Below, in pieces: positions 25,947 through 35,498 of a stretch of 51,134 nucleotides of DNA. The notes beneath the pieces were generated by a model. The model searched no databases. It worked only from the letters and a program-made list of their open reading frames with translations, and was not told the origin of the DNA. Origin of the DNA: a virus (Duplodnaviria > Caudoviricetes); the IMG/VR virus record IMGVR_UViG_3300037247_000500, positions 1 through 51,134 of that record; one strand, 5' to 3'. Made by a program: the position numbers and the translations under genes. Numbering within the stretch: the first letter of the stretch is position 1; every line of letters begins with the position of its first letter.

Positions 25947-26260
25947 CTCACATCACCAACAGACAACAACTTCTAGAATGGTTGGAAGATAACGCCCCTT
26001 CTTCCACACTACGGGCGGTCAGAGATGGTCAGGTGGAGCTACTGGGATTATTCGACCCCATCCCTAGTAGCTCCAATCCTGGCTGGATACTTGTAGTTAC
26101 TTCTGCGATCACTAAGAGAATCTGGAATGTAGTTGTGTCGATGCAGAATGTCAAGCCGTTTTATTATACGTGGATGATTGAAGAAGTGCCTTGGAAGAAT
26201 TGGATAGGTTATCAGACAGATAATCCATTGCATTTGGGTGATCATCCCGGTAGGTTTTAG
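25943..26260 (+). CDS. Hypothetical protein
   Basis: ORF track. Confidence 0.7.
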   Translation: MTHITNRQQLLEWLEDNAPSSTLRAVRDGQVELLGLFDPIPSSSNPGWILVVTSAITKRIWNVVVSMQNVKPFYYTWMIEEVPWKNWIGYQTDNPLHLGDHPGRF

Positions 26261-26268
26261 GAGAAAAG

Positions 26269-26451
26269 ATGGAAAAGATTTGCAAAAACTGTGAATGGTG
26301 GCATTATTATGGTTTTGTCAGAAATAAGGCAACAGATGGTCATTGCTACCGCTATCCCCCAAGTATACTCGGAAAATATAATGGAGAAAACGCAACATGC
26401 CCCAAGACCGTTTGTGTTCATTCGTGTGGAGAATGGAAAAGTTATAAATGA
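26269..26451 (+). CDS. Small Cys-rich protein (CxxC...CxRYPP...CGE family)
   Basis: Motif pattern; AGGAG SD. Confidence 0.75.
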   Translation: MEKICKNCEWWHYYGFVRNKATDGHCYRYPPSILGKYNGENATCPKTVCVHSCGEWKSYK

Positions 26452-26657
26452 AACAACTAAGGCTAATAGAAGCTAAAAAATACCTGAAGAAAACAACAGA
26501 TCTCGATGTATCCGTGACCCGCCTGCGTCATTGGATAGCGTATGGTCTGGTGAACTACAGCGGAGAAAAGGTGTTGCTCCGGGCCAGGAAGCGATTCGGA
26601 CAATGGTGGACAAGTGATGAATATATTAATGAGTTTATACGAGAACAAGGAGAATAG
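26448..26657 (+). CDS. Excisionase-like winged-HTH DNA-binding protein (DUF1580-like)
   Basis: LIEAKKYL...SVTRLRHWIAYG...LRARKRFGQWWTSDEYINEF. Confidence 0.75.
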   Translation: MKQLRLIEAKKYLKKTTDLDVSVTRLRHWIAYGLVNYSGEKVLLRARKRFGQWWTSDEYINEFIREQGE

Positions 26658-26936
26658 ATGCTAGATGTAAAAAAACTATATTATGTTAATTGCAAAAATC
26701 CAGCCCTTGCAGTAGATCGTGACTTTTTTGCTTATGGACCTTTGCCTTTACTATGGCATTTTGAAGGGTTGTATAGATTAGTTCCTGTTGAAGTAATAAC
26801 TAATATATTGCAATTACTTAAACCAAATGATTTTGGTAGAATTTTTTGGGATCAATCCATTCCAGTTCCACGAGAGATCGGTGATCAACTAACCAATAAG
26901 CAGTTTGATCACGACACCGATGAGGGCGAGGGTTAA
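26658..26936 (+). CDS. Hypothetical protein, last gene of the + arm
   Basis: AGGAG SD. Its 3' end overlaps the convergent holin-like gene by 48 bp. Confidence 0.6.
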   Translation: MLDVKKLYYVNCKNPALAVDRDFFAYGPLPLLWHFEGLYRLVPVEVITNILQLLKPNDFGRIFWDQSIPVPREIGDQLTNKQFDHDTDEGEG

Positions 26937-27047
26937 AGGAATAGTTAGCATCCAATGGTGTTTTATATGATTGTCAAAGTATTTAATAAGGGTGTCTACT
27001 TTAGTTTCTATTCTTATTAATCTATCATGGTCTGTATCTGCACCCAT
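26889..27047 (-). CDS. 52-aa XhlA/holin-like membrane protein
   Basis: MGADTDHDRLIRIETKVDTLIKYFDNHIKHHWMLTIPLTLALIGVVIKLLIG: coiled coil plus C-terminal TM. TAATG overlap with the giant protein's stop. Confidence 0.7.
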   Translation of the reverse strand: MGADTDHDRLIRIETKVDTLIKYFDNHIKHHWMLTIPLTLALIGVVIKLLIG

Positions 27048-30000
27048 TAGTATGTCACCCTGCCTTTCCCTGTTTCTTCTTTAAGTCTCTCCGTCACTCT
27101 ACGAATCTCATAAATTGGTACACCTTGTAACAACCCTATGCTTTCGTATGTTCGTTTTAAAGCTTTCTTGTAATTTTCTTCTCCGCGTTCTTCATCACCA
27201 CGTAAGAAAAATGCTGTACCTGTAGCATAGTTATTTGTAGCATCAATCATTGTTTGAATAATAGAGAATGGAAGCTGTTCACCTATTTTACCATAGAACT
27301 GAACCTTCTCTCCCTTCGCTACTCGGACAAAATTCTCTACTGTTTGCTGTAGTTGTCTACCCAAAAGTGTTATCATTGAAAATGGTGATGTCACTAGATT
27401 CGTTAAATATTCCCAGGGTTCCTTGATCTTGCCAGTCATTGTAGCAAGAATTATCGCTCGGATTGCAGTATTAACAGCATAACTAGCCATAACTGCCCCG
27501 ATCTTGCGAGATGCACGAGTGTAATCCTGGCTATCTTTGGGGCTACCCTGAAACTCAACCAACGCTTGCTGTGTGACATTCAGGGCCTTTTCATGAAAGG
27601 ATCTAAATAACATACCAGAAGCGATCCGTGTTATAAGAACAGGCTGGCTAAGATTCCTGGATCTATTCCATTTATCCCACGAAGGCTGTGTCTGTTGCCA
27701 TAGAAACTCAGCACGTTCCGACACAGCCTGTCGCCAGGGTTCAGTGTCTTCTTTGAAATCTGCCCGGCGGTTAGCCCACCATATAGCAGATTCACCTTCT
27801 ACTGTACCCTTCTGAGCATCTAAATATTCAGCTTTAGCAATCTCCATGCCAGTCGTTAAAGCTGACAAGTCAGCCATTTTAAGACCCAGACCTGCCTTGT
27901 TCTTCCAGGATGCTTTACCTGTGAATCCCTGGAGCACATTATCTTGGGCCGCGACTTCGCCCAGTTCATAACTACTGTAACCCATGAAGAACCGGGTCCA
28001 AGCAATAGGTGACATCTGCAAGACAGCATCCATAGCTTTCCGCGATAGTGCTTCCTTCGCTGCTGCCGGGTAGTATTTAGGATTGGTGTATGCTGAATAC
28101 ACAATCTCGGATGTTTTCTGACTAGCAACGATCTTAGCACTAAAGTACAGTATAGCTCGATAAGCACCATGTAGCATGTCTCGTGTCAGCTTGCCAAACG
28201 ATCCTTCAGGTTCCGGTGTACTTTGGGCACGTTTTAGAATTGTAAGCATGTTGTCACGGACTCTGCCATAGCCTTTGTCCTTCAGTCCACGTGCTACTTT
28301 TTGATGATTCAGGACAGTTCGTACTGTACGAATTGGTTCAGCCATGCCAGTGTACTCAGCAATGGCCTTTTCAAACTTATCGAATCTGCTAAACGCATCC
28401 CGCAGCACTAGCGGAATAGAGCTTTTTGTACGTTCATGCAGGATTCTTTTATTTTCAAGCAGGTTTACATTGAATTTTCTTTTCTTGCCCGGAAGAATAT
28501 CTTCAACAGCTGGTTCCAACCCCCACCAATTTTCAACTGTGGCGATTTTTTTATTATCTAATTGCATAGAAGTCTGATTGATGCTTTGTTTCCATACGTT
28601 ATCGTCAACATTTCTGAATAACCTAATAACCTCCATAGCTTTAGAATTGCTCTCGACCTCTGCCCTGATGTCGTTAAGTTCATCATCTGTAAGTGCCCCA
28701 GTTTCGACACCCTCAATCTCCAGGCCACCGCCCAGGAGATGTGTTTCACCTTCCTCTTGCATACCAGTCAGATAGAGATCAATCATGTGACCCCATGTAA
28801 CATCGTATGTTCGATTACCGATACTAATCTTGAGCACTTCAGTTTCAATACCCAAGTTCGGCATTAGCTCACGATCTAAGAAAGTGAACCTAGGATTAGC
28901 ACCTCGACTCATTCGGGCTAGATCATCATCAGTGATCTTAGCCTCAGTCAGTTGCTTGCGGAGATACTGATACACACTCATTATGTGTGCATCTTGATTT
29001 TTCTTACCCCGTGCTATTTCATCTCGGAAGATGTCAGTGAATACTGAATCCTTACCGCCACCTAAGATCCAGGCTAGGGTAGACATATTTGAATTGTCGA
29101 TGCCCATTAGGAAATCCCAGGTGCGTTTTGCTCTGCCACCCTCTAGTTTCTTTCTATATCCACGAGTAATATGTTCGGGAATCTTCACACGATCCGGCAG
29201 CTTTTCAAGTTGTTCATCAATTTCCCGGAGAAGTGATACCATATTAGTAACGCGATTGCCAACCTGGATTGGCTTTTCAAGATCTTCTTTAGTGTACTCT
29301 ATACCACCATACTTTTCTTCGAGATAAGACACCCAGTTTGCCATCTCTGGCTGTGTCATTTTACCCATAGAGTCGATACCATCTCTGTCAGAGAACTGCT
29401 TAGTAACTCGGACCTTATCCTCTTTTAGTTCTGCTTCAGATAACCCGTTGCGTTTTGGTATCTCATGTCCTAGGTAGCGTAGAGCTTTTTTGGACTTCTT
29501 TTTGGGTATTTTTGCTTCATAGCGTTCTGTTGGAACAGGTAATAATTTATTTAATTCCGATTGAATTGCTCTTATTTCTTGTGATGCTAGAGCAGATTCT
29601 TCAGCAGCCAAACCATCGTAATATTCTGGAGCTGAAATTTCATCTAAGCGATAAACAGCATCCTCAACAGTCATGGTATCAGTACCTTCTACAGTTGCTA
29701 TTTTTATTTGTTGTGTCGGATCAAGTTTATCATATCTTGATTCTGTTGGCTTGGCAGGGAGTTGGGCTAAATACGTTTGTGCATAAGATTTTTCAGCAAG
29801 AATATCAGTAGGTAATTGCGAATGAAATTTACCTGTATTATCAACGAAACCAGTTACAACCTTTTTATAATCCAGCTCTTCTCGTATTGCTATATGAGCA
29901 TGTGTTTCACCAAGATTGCCAATATAGATTTTGCCTTCAGACCAATTTGCAACACGAAGCTTTGGATGCTCTTTCAATACAGTTTTTGCTGGTTTGTTCA

Positions 30001-31654
30001 AATCCTCGGCCATTGGCGGCGGTGCTTCTATTTCTTTTTCCTCGACTACCTTAGCCACTTCAGAAGCAGCAACCGTTATTCGTTTAGGATCAAGCACCTT
30101 TACTGCTTCGCTGACCCACTCTTTGAACTCTGGATAATGTATGGTTCGTCTCCGGGGAAACTGACGTTTACTGTTTATTGCCCGTAACGCCATTTTAGTA
30201 GCACCTTTTTTGGTATTGCTTAGACCTATTATTTCCCTTGTTTTTTCGTCAACAGCCCGCCAATTATCATTACCGTCTTGCTTAAAGATAATGCCTTTTG
30301 GTAAATGAAGCAACGGGGGTTTCTTATTTTCTTTAGGTGGTTTAACTATATGTCCAAATTCATGTACCAATGTTTCTTTCATTATTCGTTGCGTATTGTG
30401 TCCCGGTCTGGAATAAATAGTAATTGTATGTAAGTTTATAGCTTTTCCAACCTGGTGAAGCCCCCAATTTCCATTATCTTTTTTTACTTTAAATCTAAAT
30501 TCTACAGCATCTTCGATTCCAAAATCCTTAGCCATAGCATCGCCAAGCTCAGTTAAGGACTTATCATCTTCAATTAGCTGCGAATAACGCTCTATCAGAA
30601 CCTCTACTTGTTCTTCAATAATATCTTCTTCGATAATATCAATCGTGTTATTAATCTCTGTCTTAACAGCACCATCAAGAGAACCATCAATCTCAACTGT
30701 TTTCCTGATCTTATCTAGCCGCTGCATACGTTCTCGTGCAGAGTGCGGCGTTGAAATAAACCCGGCCCCGGCAAACACACCGGCATAAGCAGCTTCAAGT
30801 GGGCCACCTAATGAAGCAGACTTAATTACACCCTTCATTAGATCCGCACTTCGGTCAGTAAATACCCATCGCCACACGTTGCGGTTAAATTGCTGTGTTC
30901 CTTCCTCTGCTGTACCACGCCAATATGCCTTATTAACTTCCCAGGCCAGTCCTTTTAAGCCTCCTATAGACTTCCCACCCATAATACTACGCATTAAACC
31001 AAGTTTCTTACCCAATGTAAATTGCTCAATACCAGCTTCAATCGGAGCACCAATTATGGCCCTAGCTAATGCTTCATTTGGTGTAGCCCCTTCAGCACGG
31101 GCCTCATTATAGTAATCACCGAACAGCGGTATAGTCATAGCCCCACCACCGGCTAGCTGTGTTGCTATTAGACCACCACCCAACCCACCAGTCGCAACTG
31201 TAGCCAGCGTACCCTCCAAAAGCAGCGGTAGGTTCTCTATCATAGCACCAAGGAGCTTGTCCGGGTTAGAAAGTAGCTCTCCAATAACAGGTAACAGGCC
31301 GCTAGATTGTATATCAGTGATCCTCTCTGGATTCTCACGGAAATACTGATCCGCAGCGGCAACAGTTTGCTCACCCCATTCTTGTATGCGTGTTTGTAAA
31401 CCTGATGCTAAATCAAGAGAATACCCACCAGGTAGCTGTAATCTGTCCGGTATAGGTTCAGTGACACCCCTTGCTGCACCCCCCATCATTTTAACCTGTA
31501 TTATACCACCAACTTCCCAGGCATCCCGTGCTGCTTTACCTATACGCTGAAGCTTCTCTGGTACAGGTTCACGCCACCAACTTCGGCCTTGGCCTATTGG
31601 TTCGTCATCCTGACCCCAGGATTCCGTATCATTTTGTCCCCAGTCTACTATCAT
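27047..31654 (-). CDS. Giant internal virion/ejection protein (large polyvalent type) with a zincin metallopeptidase motif
   Basis: 1535 aa, last large structural gene. Ala/Gly-rich hydrophobic N-terminal part with EGTQQ; ETLVHEFGH...HYPEF; helical C-terminal half. Confidence 0.8.
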   Translation of the reverse strand: MIVDWGQNDTESWGQDDEPIGQGRSWWREPVPEKLQRIGKAARDAWEVGGIIQVKMMGGAARGVTEPIPDRLQLPGGYSLDLASGLQTRIQEWGEQTVAAADQYFRENPERITDIQSSGLLPVIGELLSNPDKLLGAMIENLPLLLEGTLATVATGGLGGGLIATQLAGGGAMTIPLFGDYYNEARAEGATPNEALARAIIGAPIEAGIEQFTLGKKLGLMRSIMGGKSIGGLKGLAWEVNKAYWRGTAEEGTQQFNRNVWRWVFTDRSADLMKGVIKSASLGGPLEAAYAGVFAGAGFISTPHSARERMQRLDKIRKTVEIDGSLDGAVKTEINNTIDIIEEDIIEEQVEVLIERYSQLIEDDKSLTELGDAMAKDFGIEDAVEFRFKVKKDNGNWGLHQVGKAINLHTITIYSRPGHNTQRIMKETLVHEFGHIVKPPKENKKPPLLHLPKGIIFKQDGNDNWRAVDEKTREIIGLSNTKKGATKMALRAINSKRQFPRRRTIHYPEFKEWVSEAVKVLDPKRITVAASEVAKVVEEKEIEAPPPMAEDLNKPAKTVLKEHPKLRVANWSEGKIYIGNLGETHAHIAIREELDYKKVVTGFVDNTGKFHSQLPTDILAEKSYAQTYLAQLPAKPTESRYDKLDPTQQIKIATVEGTDTMTVEDAVYRLDEISAPEYYDGLAAEESALASQEIRAIQSELNKLLPVPTERYEAKIPKKKSKKALRYLGHEIPKRNGLSEAELKEDKVRVTKQFSDRDGIDSMGKMTQPEMANWVSYLEEKYGGIEYTKEDLEKPIQVGNRVTNMVSLLREIDEQLEKLPDRVKIPEHITRGYRKKLEGGRAKRTWDFLMGIDNSNMSTLAWILGGGKDSVFTDIFRDEIARGKKNQDAHIMSVYQYLRKQLTEAKITDDDLARMSRGANPRFTFLDRELMPNLGIETEVLKISIGNRTYDVTWGHMIDLYLTGMQEEGETHLLGGGLEIEGVETGALTDDELNDIRAEVESNSKAMEVIRLFRNVDDNVWKQSINQTSMQLDNKKIATVENWWGLEPAVEDILPGKKRKFNVNLLENKRILHERTKSSIPLVLRDAFSRFDKFEKAIAEYTGMAEPIRTVRTVLNHQKVARGLKDKGYGRVRDNMLTILKRAQSTPEPEGSFGKLTRDMLHGAYRAILYFSAKIVASQKTSEIVYSAYTNPKYYPAAAKEALSRKAMDAVLQMSPIAWTRFFMGYSSYELGEVAAQDNVLQGFTGKASWKNKAGLGLKMADLSALTTGMEIAKAEYLDAQKGTVEGESAIWWANRRADFKEDTEPWRQAVSERAEFLWQQTQPSWDKWNRSRNLSQPVLITRIASGMLFRSFHEKALNVTQQALVEFQGSPKDSQDYTRASRKIGAVMASYAVNTAIRAIILATMTGKIKEPWEYLTNLVTSPFSMITLLGRQLQQTVENFVRVAKGEKVQFYGKIGEQLPFSIIQTMIDATNNYATGTAFFLRGDEERGEENYKKALKRTYESIGLLQGVPIYEIRRVTERLKEETGKGRVTY

Positions 31655-32532
31655 CTTTTCGTTTGAGTACCTTTATCTGGATGAATATATCTCGTACCAG
31701 GTGCTAATCTGTCATATTCAGCTTTCGTTGTCGGCCGTGGCAAATCTGGTCCCATCAATACCTCTTTTGGTGTTATACCAGGTGCACCTAGTCCTTTAGC
31801 TAATAACCCCACACCAATCGTCCCTGGTACACCTGCTGTTCCAAGATGTTGAAACAGTCTATCCATCATACTAGGCTGCTCACTTGTTCTGTTAGTCGCT
31901 ACTCGTTCCATTTCAAGAGCAGCTTGCTCCATCGGATAGAGTTGTCCATAAATGCTACGTTCCTGTTGTTTATAATAGTCAAGCAAATTCAAGGCCATAT
32001 TATAATGCTGCACAACATCTGACCCTTCAGGATTTTTCTTATCAGCGATCTCTCCTTTACCCTTACCTTCAGTTATAACTGCGTAAAGTTTACCATCTGC
32101 AACTTGATACCTATTTAAGAAACCAGCAACATTCCTCTGAACACTAACATTACTCTGGTACTGCTGTACCCAGTTAACTTCCTCCGGTTCACCTGATAGT
32201 TGTTTCAATGCTTCACGATCTTGCACACCGGCCATACGAAAAGCAATCTTCTTAGCCTGATGATCCATCAATGAACCATCCTCTACAAGTTCGTCAAGCT
32301 GTTGAAGAAACTGAGCATTAGCCTGATGTTTGTTGAAGATCTGCATCGACTGTGTTTGGGCCTGTTTCATAAGTGCAGCGTATTGCTTCATGTGCTGCTC
32401 AGGTTCAAGTTCTTGTTGTTCGAGATTGAACCGCATAGAATCAAACCATTGAGTAATCTGGCGTTGTTCCATGCCGTATTGCTCGTTCATCATTTTAGCT
32501 GCTGGTAGATTTATAAATGGCTTACCTGGCAT
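31651..32532 (-). CDS. Internal virion/ejection protein
   Basis: Gln-rich and helical. C-terminal PTTKAEYDRLAPGTRYIHPD motif typical of genes preceding giant ejection proteins. Confidence 0.65.
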   Translation of the reverse strand: MPGKPFINLPAAKMMNEQYGMEQRQITQWFDSMRFNLEQQELEPEQHMKQYAALMKQAQTQSMQIFNKHQANAQFLQQLDELVEDGSLMDHQAKKIAFRMAGVQDREALKQLSGEPEEVNWVQQYQSNVSVQRNVAGFLNRYQVADGKLYAVITEGKGKGEIADKKNPEGSDVVQHYNMALNLLDYYKQQERSIYGQLYPMEQAALEMERVATNRTSEQPSMMDRLFQHLGTAGVPGTIGVGLLAKGLGAPGITPKEVLMGPDLPRPTTKAEYDRLAPGTRYIHPDKGTQTKR

Positions 32533-32542
32533 TTTCTTTTCC

Positions 32543-34015
32543 TCAAAACAGTTCTAACCAATTCAATGATATTACACTGTCTACATTTCCACTTGATGAT
32601 TCAAGACTAACAGTAAGCGTTTCACCCGGATTGAGTTTTTCCATTACCTTAGTGAAATCAATTATAGGGGCTGCTCCCTCAGTTATGATTTGTGTAAATA
32701 CAAGAGTCCCGCCCGAAACCGCAGTGGCAGAGTTATCTGTGCGAACAACAGATGTATTAGCATCAACAGCAGAAAATGAAGCCGCTGTAAGCGTAGGATT
32801 AAGCCTTACCCTAATTGTTGATGGTTTGTTTGCACTAGCAGAATCTATTGAGGCGGTAAAGATAGTAGGTTCTACTCTTACGCGATTTACTTTGCTCTGG
32901 TAAACTGTATGATTGTGAATTGAGAATATGGGTGTTTCATTCGTTCCTGTATTAGCATCCTCAGCTGTAATGTTATTAACAATACCTTCCTCTAAATCCT
33001 TCCCTTCTATCGCACCCATCATGGATGCAGATTGCAATACTATATCAGTGTTATTATTTGTATTTTTTACTGCCATACACGTTGGTAGGGTAGGATTGTC
33101 TAAAGATGGAGCAGTATTTGCATCAGCATATTCAATTCTATGAACTAAGACAAATTTTCCTGTCGAGGGATTTTCTATGTAGAATTCAATTGCTCCAAAG
33201 CCGAGCCATTGATAACGAATTTCAAAAACATTTCCGTTTGTAAATGTCAAATTCGGCAATGTCTCTGCTCCTGCTGCCTTATCCTCACTCCAAGATGTTT
33301 GAGCAGTAATTGTATCAGTAGGAGCTACTCCTACTACACTCCGGGCGAATGTACCTGCTACTGGTGCTGTTCCACTTAATGAATAAGTACCTGTCTGTGA
33401 GGCAGCATTATATGATTCAAAAACTACATTAGCTCCCATAGCATGAGCTTTCCAACCTTGTCCTACATTAGAATAATCGTGAGCAGCTATTTCATTAGCC
33501 GTTGTTGTCACATCAGTAGCAGTTGCATCAGTTACAGTTACATCTGTCACTGCATCTCCATCTAAAGTAATTGTAATATCTTCAGCAGTAGTAGATTTAG
33601 TGGTAACTGTTAAAGTCCTTATTTCAGGTGAACCACCTTGTCGTCTCATTATTCCGAAGGTGGTTCCATTATAACCAAAGAAAAATCCTTCTGATGATGT
33701 TCCAATCCCTATATATTGTGTAGAATTAGCAGCTCCAGCGGTAAATACACCCGTGCCTCTCCACAAACCTCCTTGACCAGCATTATATTTTACTGCAATT
33801 CTCGAAAGTAAAGCTGATGATTGGTTCGCGAAAGCCCCCGTAGATACCTTGAACATATTATTAGCAATAGATGAAGAACCCTTGTTATCTCTTGCTTCCA
33901 TAATCCGTGTATTAACATTATACGCAGAATGAACTTGGACAATCGGAGTTAGTTCTGCTATCAGCAATTCACCAAATGCAGTTTTTTGATCTTCAACAAA
34001 GGGATTATAACTCAT
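32543..34015 (-). CDS. Tail-associated beta-rich structural protein
   Basis: TAFGELL...YNAGQG...YQWLGFG...P.LP pattern; Thr/Ala-rich; TAATG-coupled start MSYNPF. Confidence 0.7.
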   Translation of the reverse strand: MSYNPFVEDQKTAFGELLIAELTPIVQVHSAYNVNTRIMEARDNKGSSSIANNMFKVSTGAFANQSSALLSRIAVKYNAGQGGLWRGTGVFTAGAANSTQYIGIGTSSEGFFFGYNGTTFGIMRRQGGSPEIRTLTVTTKSTTAEDITITLDGDAVTDVTVTDATATDVTTTANEIAAHDYSNVGQGWKAHAMGANVVFESYNAASQTGTYSLSGTAPVAGTFARSVVGVAPTDTITAQTSWSEDKAAGAETLPNLTFTNGNVFEIRYQWLGFGAIEFYIENPSTGKFVLVHRIEYADANTAPSLDNPTLPTCMAVKNTNNNTDIVLQSASMMGAIEGKDLEEGIVNNITAEDANTGTNETPIFSIHNHTVYQSKVNRVRVEPTIFTASIDSASANKPSTIRVRLNPTLTAASFSAVDANTSVVRTDNSATAVSGGTLVFTQIITEGAAPIIDFTKVMEKLNPGETLTVSLESSSGNVDSVISLNWLELF

Positions 34016-35496
34016 TATTGTATCTCCCAATTACTTGTAGTCAAATTACCCACCAAGGTTACAGATGCTCCATTTGTATTGATAGTCAAACTCGCGGCAT
34101 TCTCTACAGTATCACTGCCATCTGGAGAAACTGTTATATTTTTCCCCGCTGAATTTTCATCTTGGTCTTTGATATGATAAATTGCACCATCAATAATAGC
34201 AGGTAAATTCAATGTTATTGCTGTGGACGCTGTGGTAATACTAATATGCTCGTCAGATGCTAATACAGTATATGGAGAACTCGTAACAGAAGTTCTACTT
34301 ATAATCCTACCACCATTAATAATTAATTTAGCATTGATTCTTAAAGACTGGTCTGCTGCTGCCGCTGCAAAGATACCATACATCAGAGAAGTGGTTATCT
34401 CATTGGCGTCACTTCCCCTGTCTTGATTGTCTATGATGAGAAGGTTGTCATTCGTAGTTTGGTTGTAGCCCGCCCTATAACCAAAAAAAGCATTTGTTGA
34501 GCCAGTAGTAAGAGAATACCCTCCATAACTACCAACAACTGTATTATAATTATAGGTGTTACCATCTACTCCATAACCAGCATTGGAACCAATAAGTACA
34601 TTTTCATCTCCTGCTCCATAGCGACCAACGAATTTACCAATGCCAACATTCTCGCTGCTGCCAGCAATATTCCCAATGGCCCTTACGCCGATAGCAACAT
34701 TTGTACTGCCAGTAGATGTAGATAAAGCAAAATATCCAATACCAATATTATCATTACCATTTGCTGCTTGAAGTGCGTGAGTTCCTAAAGCAAAGTTACG
34801 AGAGCCAGATGTGGCATTTGTCAATGCAATTTCACCCAAGGCAATATTATCATCACCGGTGGTAATGTCTTGCATAGCTTGATAGCCTATGGCTGTATTT
34901 CTACTACCATCAATCGTTTTTAACAGTACCGAACTTCCTATGCCAATGTTTTTACTTGCTGTGCTCCCTCCTGCGTCACCGCGTCCGGCCTTAAAACCCA
35001 CATATGTATTTTGCGTACCGTTAATTCCACCTCCAGTAATGCTGTTGTTTAGTCCTGCTTCATAACCTATTCCTATATTACAAGTGCCTTCGTCACCAGC
35101 AAAAGCATTCGTACCAAGAAAGACATTGAAATTACTACCATCAAACTTGATAGTCTGAATACCGGCAACTTGTATTACCGACATAGCAGGCCAGTTTTGC
35201 ACCGCCGTAGCGAAAGTGCCGCCGGACATATCAAGGCCGATGGCAGTTGTTCCAGAAATAATAAGACCAGTTACACTAAGGATTTTAGTACTACTGTTAA
35301 ATAAGAATGTAGAATCATCAGACAGTGACCCGCCAGCACCAGCGTATATAACCCTACCATTCGTGAGATCACTCAACGTAAGACCAGCATGTGAAACAGC
35401 AGCTAATGGGCCAAGCAAGTGCGTTTTTATCTTATCAAAATTACGCCTTACTCCATCCCAATCATTTTTATGTATTTTGGTTAAAGCTAATCCCAT
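34015..35496 (-). CDS. Tail fibre / receptor-binding protein with YadA-head-like repeats
   Basis: Repeats of about 14 aa, N(T/I/V)A(I/L)GxxA(L/M); C-terminal YTV..SD...ITLNLPA...IKD domain. Confidence 0.82.
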   Translation of the reverse strand: MGLALTKIHKNDWDGVRRNFDKIKTHLLGPLAAVSHAGLTLSDLTNGRVIYAGAGGSLSDDSTFLFNSSTKILSVTGLIISGTTAIGLDMSGGTFATAVQNWPAMSVIQVAGIQTIKFDGSNFNVFLGTNAFAGDEGTCNIGIGYEAGLNNSITGGGINGTQNTYVGFKAGRGDAGGSTASKNIGIGSSVLLKTIDGSRNTAIGYQAMQDITTGDDNIALGEIALTNATSGSRNFALGTHALQAANGNDNIGIGYFALSTSTGSTNVAIGVRAIGNIAGSSENVGIGKFVGRYGAGDENVLIGSNAGYGVDGNTYNYNTVVGSYGGYSLTTGSTNAFFGYRAGYNQTTNDNLLIIDNQDRGSDANEITTSLMYGIFAAAAADQSLRINAKLIINGGRIISRTSVTSSPYTVLASDEHISITTASTAITLNLPAIIDGAIYHIKDQDENSAGKNITVSPDGSDTVENAASLTINTNGASVTLVGNLTTSNWEIQ

Positions 35497-35498
35497 TT

